From assembly GCA_965217185.1 (NCBI GenBank), contig OZ244252.1:2112001-2176000 (forward strand): a stretch of DNA of 64,000 bases, given 5' to 3'. Positions 22,768-33,336 of the stretch are shown piece by piece (position 1 is the stretch's first letter; each line of letters begins with the position of its first letter). The position numbers were made by a program, and so were the translations under genes. Below the pieces are notes generated by a model. It made no database searches. It was not told the DNA's origin and saw only the letters and a list, made by a program, of their open reading frames with translations. This DNA comes from an uncultured Candidatus Entotheonella sp. Its GTDB lineage: Bacteria; Tectomicrobia; Entotheonellia; Entotheonellales; Entotheonellaceae.

Positions 22768-23043
22768 ATGGGAGTACGACAGCCGCGTTACAGCAAAGAG
22801 GAGTTCGCCCGGCGTGGTCAGGCGATCTACGAGAAGCAGGTGAGGCCGCAGGTGGAAGAAGGCAATCGCGGCAGGGTTGTGGCGATTGACATCGAAACCG
22901 GGGAATTTGAAGTAGCGGACGCCCCGATGGCCGCCTCCGACCGCCTCTTTGCGCGTTGTCCGGATGCGCAGCCGTGGTTGGTCCGTATCGGGCACCGGGC
23001 GTTACACCGGTTCGGAGTTGCGTATGCCAGTGGCTTGACATGA
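22768..23043 (+). CDS. Small protein (RRG.AIYE...VAIDIETGEFEV family), partner of the aspartic protease
   Basis: RBS AAGGAG; ATGA overlap with the next gene. Confidence 0.75.
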   Translation: MGVRQPRYSKEEFARRGQAIYEKQVRPQVEEGNRGRVVAIDIETGEFEVADAPMAASDRLFARCPDAQPWLVRIGHRALHRFGVAYASGLT

Positions 23044-23411
23044 TTGAGGGTGTCGTAAGCGGGAATTCCGAGGCGATAATCCGACTGACCCTGCGCGCCG
23101 CTACTGGCGCGATACAGGAAATCGACGCCATCATCGACACTGGCTTCACCGGTGATCTGACACTCCCACCGGCGTTGATCCGGCGGCTGAATCTGCCCTG
23201 GAAAGGTCGCAGTCAAGCCCTGCTCGCCGACGGCGGCAGGCATACGTTCGACGAGTACGTTGGAACTGTGTCGTGGAATGGTCAATCCCTTACGGTGGAG
23301 GTGAGTTCGGCCGATACCAATCCCCTCGTTGGAATGGGATTGCTCAGGGGCCACCGCCTCAGTATGGATGTGATCGAGAATGGCGCCGTGACCATTGAGG
23401 CGTTGACATGA
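23040..23411 (+). CDS. Clan AA (retropepsin-like) aspartic protease
   Basis: AIIDTGFTG and LVGMGLL motifs. Confidence 0.85.
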   Translation: MIEGVVSGNSEAIIRLTLRAATGAIQEIDAIIDTGFTGDLTLPPALIRRLNLPWKGRSQALLADGGRHTFDEYVGTVSWNGQSLTVEVSSADTNPLVGMGLLRGHRLSMDVIENGAVTIEALT

Positions 23412-23429
23412 TTTGCCAGCCGCGGGGAT

Positions 23430-23618
23430 GAGATAGGTGACAACGAGCGGGCCAGGGCCTGCAATCTGTGCGATCCGTACTGGCTCTACGTCGTCTTCGA
23501 ATGCACCCGCCCGCGTTGGTTACGGGTGCGCGATCCGTTTGGCTGGCTGCTCGCCAGGAGCCGCGAGTCGGTCGCCTATACCATCTCAGCGGAGGCTATC
23601 ATGGAAGCAGCCGAGTAA
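23430..23618 (+). pseudogene. Diverged duplicate of the helicase/DUF3883 3' end (22435-22629)
   Basis: Translates EIGDNERARACNLCDPYWLYVVFECTRPRWLRVRDPFGWLLARSRESVAYTISAEAIMEAAE*; no start codon. Confidence 0.9.
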
Positions 23619-23754
23619 CGCAGGGGTGCACAACGGTTCCCATTAAAGTCGGTCCCGAAACCAACGCCTGAAAAACTGTCAGACATCGACTCAAGAGAGT
23701 TGATGTTGCACACAGTCCCAATGCAAATGACATTCACCATGGAGATGGGTTACC

Positions 23755-25533
23755 GTGCCCAGCTACGAACATGAAAAGCTGATCGAGCGTATCTTGAAGC
23801 TTGACCAACCACCTGACGACGACACCACATACGCAAGGTGGATTACCGCCGACAGGCACCTGGATTTGCTGCGGAAGAACGCGGAAGAAGACGAAGTAAT
23901 CGTCTATGCGTGCGACAAATATACCTTCATCCACGCCGTGGTTATCAGCGAAGACGTGATTGATCTACTTGACAACGACTTATTCCGCTGGAGTGGCGGT
24001 CCGTTCTTCGCTCATGCAGCGGCATACACGTGGGGTGGGGGTAGAGACGATGTATGGATCGAACGCGGACCAGCGATTGACGGGTCCAAGATGATCCAAA
24101 CAGCACGCCAGCTCGTATTTGGCCGCGAAATCATGGGACTCCCGGGTAAGGGTGACGCCTATTTTGAAGTTTCTCAGGAATACTCTCACCTGTCCGACAT
24201 CCACCACCGCCCTGAGCACAGCGCCTATTGCCGCATCGACGAGCACGGCGACCTGGAATATGTCGTCACGATTACCAAAAAGACGTCGCGAAAAGACGTT
24301 TCGCTCGTAACGTTCAAACGGGAACCCCTGGAAGAGTACCTTGCGGCATCCCGCTCCGTTCTGGTTCGAATGTTCGATTTCCAGTTGTTGAGATACGGTG
24401 AGTTCGACGCTTGGCCGAATACCCCCGAGAACATCGTCAAACACGACCCAATCTTCTACCGACAGAAGATTGATGCCGGGAAAGCCTCATATACCCGAGG
24501 AATACAGATCCTTCGCCCAAGTCGACCGAGTGCGGAGATCTTCTCCAGGATGAAGCGCGAACCGATCGAGCATGAGACGGCGCAGTATGTTGACTTCGTG
24601 GCACATGACTGGCGCAACGGTGGTGTCAGTGCCATATCTACCGATCCATGCGCCACCACGAACTACTTTCAGGCAGATGGGAATTCATTGCCTTTCGAAT
24701 TGTCCCCTGCCTTCTTCAAACCCGAAGTGCTTTCCAGGTACAAAAATGATACCGATAAGTACTTGATCGAAGATCGTCGCATCCATTGCCGGAGTGCATG
24801 GGAATTACGCGGCTACGACGTGAACGAAGCAGGACAGGTACATGCGTACATTTGTGATCTCAGAAACCTGCCGTACAGTGAGCAACTGTATTGGAAGAGC
24901 TTCAACGAAGAACCAAAAACCGGAATATCCGAACGCGCTCTGACGAACGATTTCAAGGATGAACCAGTTGAAATTACCGACCCACTGGCCAGGATCAAGC
25001 ACATTCTTACGCAGTGGGAACAATCGAGTGCGCCTTGGTGGACGCTCCGTGATCCAGCGTCCGCCGGTCGCGTCACCTCGCCGCTTACGAGCAGTCGAGA
25101 CGAATGGGCGCGCGCATTCACGAACTTGGCCCAGCTTGTCATCGAGGGATTTGAAACCAAGGCCGTCCGCACGAGGTTGGACGAAATGGGGATAGCTTGG
25201 CAACGTGACGAGAAGAGCATATTGCTCTTGGAGCGTGTCTTGTCTGGTGAAGCTGCGGACGGATGTGCGCAGAGTCTCGATGGTCTGCGTTCAGTACAAC
25301 GCATTCGCTCGAAAGTCGGTGCTCATGCGCGCGGTACGGAGGCCGATTCCTTGGCGACACGCGCCGTACAGGAACACGGCAGTTATGCCGCTCATTTTGA
25401 AGACGTCTGTAGAGACGTCGCAACCGAGCTTGAATACATTGAACGAGCGTTTAGCCAAGGTATTGCCGAGGATCAAAAGGAATCTGCCCTAATCAAACCG
25501 CTGTCAGCGCAAATTGATGAGGCCACAAAATAA
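23755..25533 (+). CDS. 592-aa uncharacterised protein with C-terminal HEPN-like RxxxxxH motif
   Basis: Long ORF, lower GC by eye; QRIRSKVGAH; TAATG coupling to the methylase. Confidence 0.75.
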   Translation: MPSYEHEKLIERILKLDQPPDDDTTYARWITADRHLDLLRKNAEEDEVIVYACDKYTFIHAVVISEDVIDLLDNDLFRWSGGPFFAHAAAYTWGGGRDDVWIERGPAIDGSKMIQTARQLVFGREIMGLPGKGDAYFEVSQEYSHLSDIHHRPEHSAYCRIDEHGDLEYVVTITKKTSRKDVSLVTFKREPLEEYLAASRSVLVRMFDFQLLRYGEFDAWPNTPENIVKHDPIFYRQKIDAGKASYTRGIQILRPSRPSAEIFSRMKREPIEHETAQYVDFVAHDWRNGGVSAISTDPCATTNYFQADGNSLPFELSPAFFKPEVLSRYKNDTDKYLIEDRRIHCRSAWELRGYDVNEAGQVHAYICDLRNLPYSEQLYWKSFNEEPKTGISERALTNDFKDEPVEITDPLARIKHILTQWEQSSAPWWTLRDPASAGRVTSPLTSSRDEWARAFTNLAQLVIEGFETKAVRTRLDEMGIAWQRDEKSILLLERVLSGEAADGCAQSLDGLRSVQRIRSKVGAHARGTEADSLATRAVQEHGSYAAHFEDVCRDVATELEYIERAFSQGIAEDQKESALIKPLSAQIDEATK

Positions 25534-26214
25534 TGTCTAACCGTAAACGTCTCATCGAAGTAGCTTTCCCGCTCAAGCAGGTCTCGCTGGACGCCGTTCA
25601 CGAAAAGAACGTGCGGCACGGGCATATCTCCACGCTGCACATCTGGCCGGCGCGGCGGCCGTTGGCGGCGGCGCGGGCGGCGCTGATTGCGACGCTGCTT
25701 CCCGATCCGGGCAATGCCGGGGAACGCCAGAAAATCCTGGAGCGCATGGCCGGCCGCGTGGTGGAGACGATTGAGCGCAAGCGGGTGAACGGGCGGGTGG
25801 TCGAGAAGACCAAGGAAGAGACGGTCGGCGGCATCCTGCACTGGGGACGCGAGAACGGGCCGGACCTCGAGTGGTTCCGTGCGGAGATTCGCAAGGCATA
25901 CGGCGGGCGGTCGCCGAAGGTGCTGGACCCGTTTGCGGGCGGCGGCGCCATTCCGCTGGAAGCGATGCGCCTGGGGTGCGAGGCGACCGCCATGGACATC
26001 AATCCGGTGGCCTGGTTCATCCTCAAGTGCACCCTGGAATATCCGCAGAAGCTCGCCGGTCAGACGCGCCCGCTGCCCGAATTCGCGCTCCGGGACGGCG
26101 ACTTCATGGCGGCGTTCCTGAAAGCCAAGGGTTTTAAGGGCGCAAGCCTGCGGACGTGCCTGCAGCGGTTCGGCCACGGCGACGGTGGCGACGTCCCGCT
26201 CGACCTCGTGCGCA

Positions 26215-26238
26215 CCCTGAATCAAGTTCAGGGCAGGC
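26215..26238 (+). repeat. 24-nt palindromic mini-insert (7-bp stem/5-nt loop/CAGGC)
   Basis: CCCTGAA-TCAAG-TTCAGGG-CAGGC; same architecture as 46381-46404. Confidence 0.7.
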
Positions 26239-26362
26239 TGATGATCCGCTACTGGCAGCGGACCTGGCTTGGCACGTACGCGCCTGGGGCCGCTGGGTGC
26301 TGGCCAAAGCGCGCGCGGAACTGGCGTCGTTCTATCCCACCTATGCCGAGTGGACGCCACTC

Positions 26363-27673
26363 TGTGCAAGCCGAACATCGTTTACAAAATAGACCGGGAA
26401 CACGGTTTACACGGTTGACTCACGTTGATGCCACTGTCGGGCATGGGTAATCGTATGGGTACGGTCATTCAGGACACCCAGAAGATGGAAGCTGTAGCGA
26501 ATCTCCCAGCAGTCGTTGTCACAAGCAACCAGACCGATGGGTTCCTTGGCCAGCACCGCCGAGAGATAGATCAGCCGCCCTCGCCATTTGAACTCACCCG
26601 TGCGCCGCACCCGCCGCACGGTGACACCACGGTCGTACTCAACCGCCGGCAGCTTGGCGCGATAGGGACGCCGCGAGACCTCATGCACACTGCCTGGCGT
26701 CAGGCGCCCAAGGGCTTCGTGAGAACGCTGCCAGTTGAACTCCTCGACAAAAGCGTCGAAGCGCCTCTGCTGCGCCGCAAAGCTACTGGCTGCCGGATTG
26801 ATCACCGCTTCCTTGAGCGAGCGATGCATGCGTTCATGGCGACCGTTTTCGCTGGGCGTGGCCGGTCGAATGCGCTCCGGACGAATACCCAGGCGCACCC
26901 ACCACTTTGAGAGTTGGCTGAGGCCACCGGCGGCCAGCGAGGCAAAGGGTGCGCCGTTGTCGGTGCGCAGGGTCTCGGGCAGGCCATACTCCCGAAACAC
27001 CCACTCGAACCAGGGCTTGACGGCAGCCGTGGTCATGCGGCTCAGAGCGCGGCACTGCAAGATAAAGCGGCTGTGATTGTCGGTGATGGTCAGGGGGTAG
27101 CAGCGTTGGCCGCCGCCGAGTCGGAAGTCGCCCTTGAAGTCAGCGCTCCAGCTCTGCGCCGGGGCGCTGCAGGTGACCAGGGCGTGCGGGTCCGGCGGCA
27201 CGCGGCGGCGCTTGCGCCTTTGCCTGACCAGGCCGTTTCGCTTGAGGATGTCGGCGGCGGTGCTGTCGGCTGGCCAGGGATTGTCGGGCTCCAGAGCGCG
27301 GAGTCGATCCATGACCTTCTTGGGTCCGAAGCTCTGAGATGGGCGAGCTTCATCTGCACGATGCGCTCGGCAATCTCGGGTGCGGTGGTGTCAGGGTGTC
27401 GATGGGGTCTTCGTGAAAGGTCATGGAGTCCCTCGGGGCCACGGCTGTGATAGCGCTCAATCCACTTGTCGCCAGTGGGTCGGCTGATGCCATAGTGCAT
27501 GCACAGGTCTCTCTTGGTGTAGCAACCGCTCAAGTAGTCGGCGATAAACTGAATGCGTGGGTCCATGGTACACGTCTCTTTCCAAGGCATCGGCGAATCC
27601 TCCTTCGCCCGATACCTTAAACGTAAACCATGTTCCCGGTTTAATGTGTAAAGGATGTTACCGGTTTGTACCA
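26363..27673 (-). mobile_element. IS481-family-like insertion sequence inside the methylase
   Basis: TG...CA ends; ~50-bp imperfect IRs containing AACAT..TTTACA repeats; flanking duplication CTC (or CCACTC). Confidence 0.88.
26407..27590 (-). pseudogene. IS481-like DDE transposase, frameshifted near 27335
   Basis: MPWKE..ISRPTGDKWIERY HTH, then WSADFKG, RTDNGAPF and NGRHERMHRSLK in another frame. Confidence 0.85.
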
Positions 27674-27679
27674 CTCAAT

Positions 27680-27745
27680 CATTCCCCCCTTGAGGGGGAG
27701 TCGGCGAGACAAGGGCGCAGCCCGCAGCCGAGCCGGTGGGGGGAA
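27680..27745. repeat. In-frame palindromic repeat (reads HSPLEGESARQGRSPQPSRWG)
   Basis: TCCCCCCTTGAGGGGGA hairpin and a terminal GGTGGGGGGA; sits directly at the IS target. Confidence 0.55.
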
Positions 27746-28012
27746 TCCGCGACGGACGGCGAGCCTCCCGAACGACTGCGGCTCCTGGAGCCGGACGCCG
27801 AGGGCAGAACCGACGCCGGGCCGCTGAACGCGGACTTCGATTCGACCTACCTGAATGACCCGCGCAACCCGCGCTGGATCGCCAAGCCGACGGTCGCCTA
27901 TCTCTGGGCGCGAACCGTGACCTGCAAGCAGTGCCGCGCCACCCTGCCGCTGCTCAAGACGCGCTGGCTGTGCAAGAAAGACCGCAAGCGCGTGCTGCTG
28001 ACAATGGAACCT

Positions 28013-28101
28013 GTGGTTAGTGGTCGGTGGTCAGTGGCCAGCGACCAGTCCACCCCATCCCACCCCGGGGCGGCGGAGGGGGAACAGGCCACTGGCCACT
28101 G
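28013..28101. repeat. Inverted heptamer-array insert in the methylase
   Basis: GTGGTTA-GTGGTCG-GTGGTCA-GTGGCCA ... GGCCACT-GGCCACT; coincides with a frame change. Confidence 0.65.
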
Positions 28102-30166
28102 TGGTTTTTGGCGTGCAGAACGACCCGCCCCAAAACGGCGGCAACGCGGCGCATCGGCGTGGGCACCATGTCGCGTACCGGCGCCACCTGCCCGTGCTGC
28201 GGCGCCATCACGACGATGGCGGATATCCGCTTTGAAGGCCGCGCCGGCCGGTTGGGCGCTATCATGACGGCCGTGGTGGTGGGCGGAGCGAAGGGCAAGG
28301 AGTACCGCGTACCGACGGACCATGAGCGGTTGGTGACGGACGTAACCGAGGAGCAGCTTCAGGCGCTGTATGCGGACATCCCGTTCGGGTTGCCGGAGGA
28401 GTCCCTGCCGAGCAAAGAGGCTCTCGGGTTTCGCGTCCCACTGTACGGCTTCGATACGTGGCGGAAGCTGTTTACGAACCGGCAGCTTGCTAGCGTTGCC
28501 GTATTTATCTCAATACTCCGTAGTATCCCTAAACGAACATCATCTGAAGACACCTTGCCACAATATATTCTTGGATATTTGCTGTGCGTTTTTGGCAAGC
28601 AGATTGATTATTGTAATGGACTTTGCTCCTGGTACACACAGAACGAACAGATCACGCACTTGTTCAATAGATTCGCACTGCCTATCAAATGGGATTTTGC
28701 AGAAGCCTCCCCCATAGGCGGGGCTTCCGGAAGTTGGGAGTCAATGCTGAAATCTGTCACGAAATCTGTTGATACGGCGATCGCGGTACCGAATCTGGTG
28801 TTTCAGTCAACTGTTTGCTGTGGTTCCGCAACCAGCATTTCTGGGCAGTTTGACGTGATAATCACTGACCCCCCGTACTACGATGCTATACCCTATTCGG
28901 ACTCTATGGATTTCTTCCATGTGTGGCTCAGGCGGTCCACACACGGGCTATCTTCAGAAATGGACGCGTCGTTTCGCGAAGAGCTTGGGCCAAAATGGGA
29001 TCCCACCATTTGCGATGGCGAACTCATCGATGATGCCAGCCGATTCGACGGCGACAAAGAGCGATCCAAACAGAACTATGAAGACGGCATGGCCCGCTCA
29101 TTCCGTTCCTGTCACGCTGCGCTGCAGCCGGACGGACGGCTCGTGGTTGTCTTTGCTAACAAACAGCCCGAGGCATGGGAGACGCTGGTCGCCGCCTTGA
29201 TTCGGGCCGGCTTCGTCGTTGACGGGTCCTGGCCCATCCAGACGGAAATGAGCAATCGAACCCGCTCGCTGGGATCGGCCGCTCTCGCGTCCTCCGTCTG
29301 GATTGTCTGCAAGAAGCGCCCCGCCGCCCGCCCCGGCTGGGACAACATCGTCCTCAACGAGATGCGCGACAACATCACCCGGCAACTCCGCGACTTCTGG
29401 GACGCTGGCATTCGCGGCCCGGACTTTGTGTGGGCGGCGACCGGCCCGGCCCTCGAAGCCTTCAGCAAGCACCCTGTCGTCAAGAAGGCCAACGACCCGA
29501 ACCAGCTGATGACCGTCTCGGCGTTCCTGCGCGAGGTGCGGCGCATGGTCGTCGATTTCGTCGTCGGCCGGGTGCTGACCCGGGAGGATGGACAGGACAC
29601 GGCGACGGGCCTCGACGACGTAACCACCTACTACCTGTTGCATCGCCACGACTTTGGCATGGACGAGGCACCCATCGGCGGCTGCATCCTCTATGCCCTG
29701 TCGTGCAACCTCTCCGATGCCGCCTTGGTCAACCAACACGACCTCCTCGCCCGATCAGGCAAGGGGAAAGCCGATGAGTCCGAGGACGGCGAAGAAACCG
29801 GCGGCGGCGCCAAGGTCAGGCTGAAGCCCTGGCACCGGCGGCAGGGCCGCAACCTCGGCCTCGAAGCGCCGGGCGGGCGCCCCGCACCGCTCATCGACAA
29901 AGTGCACAAACTCATGCACCTCTGGCGCGCCGGTGACCAGATCAAGGTCAACGACTATCTCGACAGCCGCGGCCTGCAGCGCAACGCCCTGTTCAATCAA
30001 CTCCTCCAGGCGCTCATTGAGCTGGCTGGCGCCGGTTCCGAGGAGCGCTCCCTTCTCGAAGCCCTGAGCAACCACATAGCCGCCCGCGGCGACGTCCAGG
30101 CGCCGCGCCAGGGGCGGCTTCAGCTCGGTTCCCCTATGCCATGAAAAGGCAATCGGAGGAAATCGG

Positions 30167-31456
30167 ATGATTACGTCGATTCGCCTCGTGAATTTCAAGA
30201 ACTTCGCCGACGAGACCCTGCGCGTCGGTCCGTTCACGGTCATCGTGGGGGCGAACGCCAGCGGCAAGAGCAATATCCGTGACGCTTTCCGCTTCCTGCA
30301 TGGCATCGGGCGCGGCTACATGTTGGCTGAGATCATTGGCGGGAAATATGGCGCAGACTGGAGGCCGATTCGAGGTGCGGTGAATGAGATTGTCCGATTC
30401 GGGCAAACAGCGTTTTCTATTGAGGTCCGCATGGAAATGGAAGACGCAGATTTACGCTATTTGATTGAGGTCGGTAACGACAAAAGAAGAGCCAATGAGT
30501 TCCGATTCGCCAGGGAAGAACTTAACGGCGTATTCAAACCCGGATACGCTAGGGACTTTCCTTCCTTCATCGTTAAGAACAACCCCGACCAAGACGATTC
30601 TGTCCGAACGCAATCCGACGCCTTTCCCCTGCTTCTCAACATGTTTTTGGCCATAAGAGGGGAAGATCCCAGAGTCCAGATCAGGTTTGGATCGGCGCTG
30701 GAGGAGATTGGGGAGCCCATATCAATGTCTTCCCTCCAAAAGAAATACCTTGAACCATACATCCAACACATAATCGACATCTTCGCCAATATCCGCTTTC
30801 TGGAACTGATGCCGGACCGGATGCGGGAACCAGCCTTTCCCGGCGCGACCGTCTTGGGGGATTCCGGTGAGAATTTGCCGGTGGTACTGGAGGACATCTG
30901 TGCCGACCCCGAGCGCAAAGAGATTCTCGCCGACTGGCTGCGCGAACTCACCCCTATGGACGTTGAGGATTTTGAATTCCCTCGCGATCCCAGCGGTCGG
31001 GTGTATCTCGTGATTCGCGAGAAGAACGACCGCAAGGTTTCGGTCTACAGCGCGTCGGACGGAACGCTGCGCTTTCTCGCCATGCTGGCCGCGTTGCTCG
31101 GCGACAAACCAAAGGGGTTGTATTTCTTTGAAGAGATCGACACCGGCATCCATCCGGTCAGGCTGGGGCTGCTGCTCGACCTGTTCGAGGGGCCGGTACG
31201 GGGCAATAGCCAAGTGATCGGCACGACCCACGCGCCGACCCTGTTGACCGCCATCAACGACGACACGTTCGAGAATACGTCCATTGTTTGCCGACTGGAA
31301 GACACCGCCGACGCGATCATCCGTCCGGTTGCCGACCTCCCGAACGCGCGGGAACTGCGGCAGGATCAAGGGCTGGGGCGGCTCCACGAATCCGGCTGGA
31401 TGGAGGACGCGCTTTTCTTCACCGAAGGTTACGACGAAGCGGAGGACGACTCGTGA
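30167..31456 (+). CDS. ABC/AAA_21-type ATPase #1
   Basis: GANASGKS, SDGTLRF, FFEEIDTGIHP, TTHAP. Confidence 0.9.
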   Translation: MITSIRLVNFKNFADETLRVGPFTVIVGANASGKSNIRDAFRFLHGIGRGYMLAEIIGGKYGADWRPIRGAVNEIVRFGQTAFSIEVRMEMEDADLRYLIEVGNDKRRANEFRFAREELNGVFKPGYARDFPSFIVKNNPDQDDSVRTQSDAFPLLLNMFLAIRGEDPRVQIRFGSALEEIGEPISMSSLQKKYLEPYIQHIIDIFANIRFLELMPDRMREPAFPGATVLGDSGENLPVVLEDICADPERKEILADWLRELTPMDVEDFEFPRDPSGRVYLVIREKNDRKVSVYSASDGTLRFLAMLAALLGDKPKGLYFFEEIDTGIHPVRLGLLLDLFEGPVRGNSQVIGTTHAPTLLTAINDDTFENTSIVCRLEDTADAIIRPVADLPNARELRQDQGLGRLHESGWMEDALFFTEGYDEAEDDS

Positions 31457-32016
31457 GGGTCCTCGTCATCCCCGAAGACTCCCGCAAGGACAAGTTCATT
31501 CTGAAGCCGCTGTTCGAGTCCCTCTTTCGCTCCCCGGGCAAGTCGCGGACGCGTATCCGGGTGTGTGAAGACCCGGTGCTTGGCGGCGTCCGTGAAGCTC
31601 TGAAATCAAGCAACATGTCGGAGATCATAAGACGACAAGGCGGCATGACGCAGATATTCATCCTGTGCGTCGATCGCGACGGCGAGGCAGGGCGGCGTCA
31701 GAGGCTCCAGGAAATGGAGCAGGAGTTCGGGAATGCTCGGGTATTTCTCGCCGAGAACGCCTGGGAAGAGCTTGAAACCTGGGTTCTCGCGGGCCTTGAT
31801 CTGCCCGCGGACTGGGGCTGGCAGACGGTTCGAGCCGAGGTTCAGGTGAAGGAGACCTACTTCGATCCACTGGTCGAACGGCGCAGTTTATCGCGGGCGC
31901 CCGGCGGCGGTCGAAAGCTTTTGGCAGAGGAGGCGGCGCGCCGGATCACATCGATCCGGCAGAAATGTTCCGAGGATTTCGACGCCCTTGCCCGGCGTCT
32001 CGAGGCCGCTATGTGA
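31453..32016 (+). CDS. TOPRIM-like (DUF4276/DUF4435-like) partner #1
   Basis: VIPED..D, CVDRD, EELETWVLA; GTGA overlap with the ATPase. Confidence 0.7.
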   Translation: MRVLVIPEDSRKDKFILKPLFESLFRSPGKSRTRIRVCEDPVLGGVREALKSSNMSEIIRRQGGMTQIFILCVDRDGEAGRRQRLQEMEQEFGNARVFLAENAWEELETWVLAGLDLPADWGWQTVRAEVQVKETYFDPLVERRSLSRAPGGGRKLLAEEAARRITSIRQKCSEDFDALARRLEAAM

Positions 32017-32054
32017 AACACCGTGCCCGCGTAATCGTCGAAAAGGACTTCAAG

Positions 32055-33332
32055 ATGGCCAAGATGGAAGGCTTCAGAGTCAGGAACTTCAAGGTGCTCA
32101 AGGACGTGACCTTGGGACGCCTGTGGCTTCAACCGGCAGACCTGTCGCTTACCGCCATGACCGCGGTCATCGGCAAGAATGGCGTGGGAAAGAGTGCGCT
32201 GTTCGATGCCTTTGGGTTTCTCGCCGACGCCTTGAAACTCGGCGTCGAAGAGGCCTGCGACGCCCGTGGGCGCGGTGGCTTCGAGAGAATACGTACACAG
32301 GGCGAAACAGGCCCTATCGAATTCGAGGTGTATTACAGGGAACATGAAAACGCCCAACCCATTACCTACGAGATCCATATCAAGGTAGATGCTTCCAAGC
32401 GTCCTTATGTGTCGGCGGAACACATGCAGGAGGATCAGGAAAATAAGGTAGAGCAATATTTTCTTTTTCTCGTAAACGGCCGGGGCCTGGCGTGGAAGGG
32501 AAACCAGTCAGTTGGACAGGTCGATGAAACGGTAGAGGGTTTTGATATTGATGAGGCGATTGAATTCTTGTCGAAAGAAAAAAAAGACATCACAGATGCC
32601 GAATTCATTGAATTGGAAGACCGGCGAAGACTTGGCATCGCCACGCTGGGCGCCTTAAAACAACATCCGCGAATTTCCGCTTTCCGCCGCTTTATCGAGG
32701 GATGGTATCTCAGCTACTTCACGCCGGACGCGGCCCGCGGCCTGCCACTGGCCGGTCCGCAGAAGCGTCTCAACGTGCATGGCGACAACCTTGGCAACGT
32801 CGTGCAGTTCATGGAGCGCGAACATTCGGAGAGGTTTCAGACCATTCTGAAGAAAATTGCCGGCAGAATTCCGGGCATCGACACGATCGATACCGAGAGA
32901 ACCAATGACGGCCGCCTATTGCTCCGGTTCAATGACAAAGGTTTTCAGGATCCTTTCTATGCCCAGCAGATGTCCGACGGGACGCTGAAGGTATTCGCCT
33001 ATCTGTTGTTGCTTGAAGACCCGACGCCGCCGCCATTTCTCTGCATCGAGGAACCGGAAAATGGCTTGTACCACAAACTGCTGGAAACCCTGGCCAACGA
33101 ATTCCGCGAGCATGCCAGCGGGGGGCGGGGCGGCTCCCAGGTCTTTGTCACGACGCACCAGCCGTATTTCGTCGATGCCTTGGAGCCAACAGAAGTCTGG
33201 ATTCTGGAAAAAGGTGCGGACGGCTTTTCGACGATTCGCCGGGCAAGCGACGATCCGATCGTGAACAATATGGTCGCGGAGGGACTGCCGTTGGGTGGCC
33301 TGTGGTACAGCGACTATCTTGACGCCAGGTGA
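32055..33332 (+). CDS. ABC/AAA_21-type ATPase #2
   Basis: GKNGVGKS, MSDGTLK, CIEEPENGLYH, TTHQP. Confidence 0.9.
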   Translation: MAKMEGFRVRNFKVLKDVTLGRLWLQPADLSLTAMTAVIGKNGVGKSALFDAFGFLADALKLGVEEACDARGRGGFERIRTQGETGPIEFEVYYREHENAQPITYEIHIKVDASKRPYVSAEHMQEDQENKVEQYFLFLVNGRGLAWKGNQSVGQVDETVEGFDIDEAIEFLSKEKKDITDAEFIELEDRRRLGIATLGALKQHPRISAFRRFIEGWYLSYFTPDAARGLPLAGPQKRLNVHGDNLGNVVQFMEREHSERFQTILKKIAGRIPGIDTIDTERTNDGRLLLRFNDKGFQDPFYAQQMSDGTLKVFAYLLLLEDPTPPPFLCIEEPENGLYHKLLETLANEFREHASGGRGGSQVFVTTHQPYFVDALEPTEVWILEKGADGFSTIRRASDDPIVNNMVAEGLPLGGLWYSDYLDAR

Positions 33333-33336
33333 TCGG

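Larger units (their letters stand above)
25533..30144 (+). pseudogene. DUF1156-type adenine DNA methyltransferase, disrupted
   Basis: LIEVAFP, LHIWPARRP, VLDPFAGGGAIPLEA, AYLWARTVTC..C, CPCCG, ITDPPYYD; frameshift near 26212, IS at 26363-27673, frame changes near 28100 and 28150. Confidence 0.9.

Noticed and set aside
22435..23618. DGR template/variable repeat pair
   Set aside because: Differences are not adenine-specific (many synonymous changes, indels) and there is no reverse transcriptase in the window
27300..27360. Programmed frameshift in the IS transposase
   Set aside because: No slippery A-run heptamer at the junction, and IS481-type transposases are normally single ORFs
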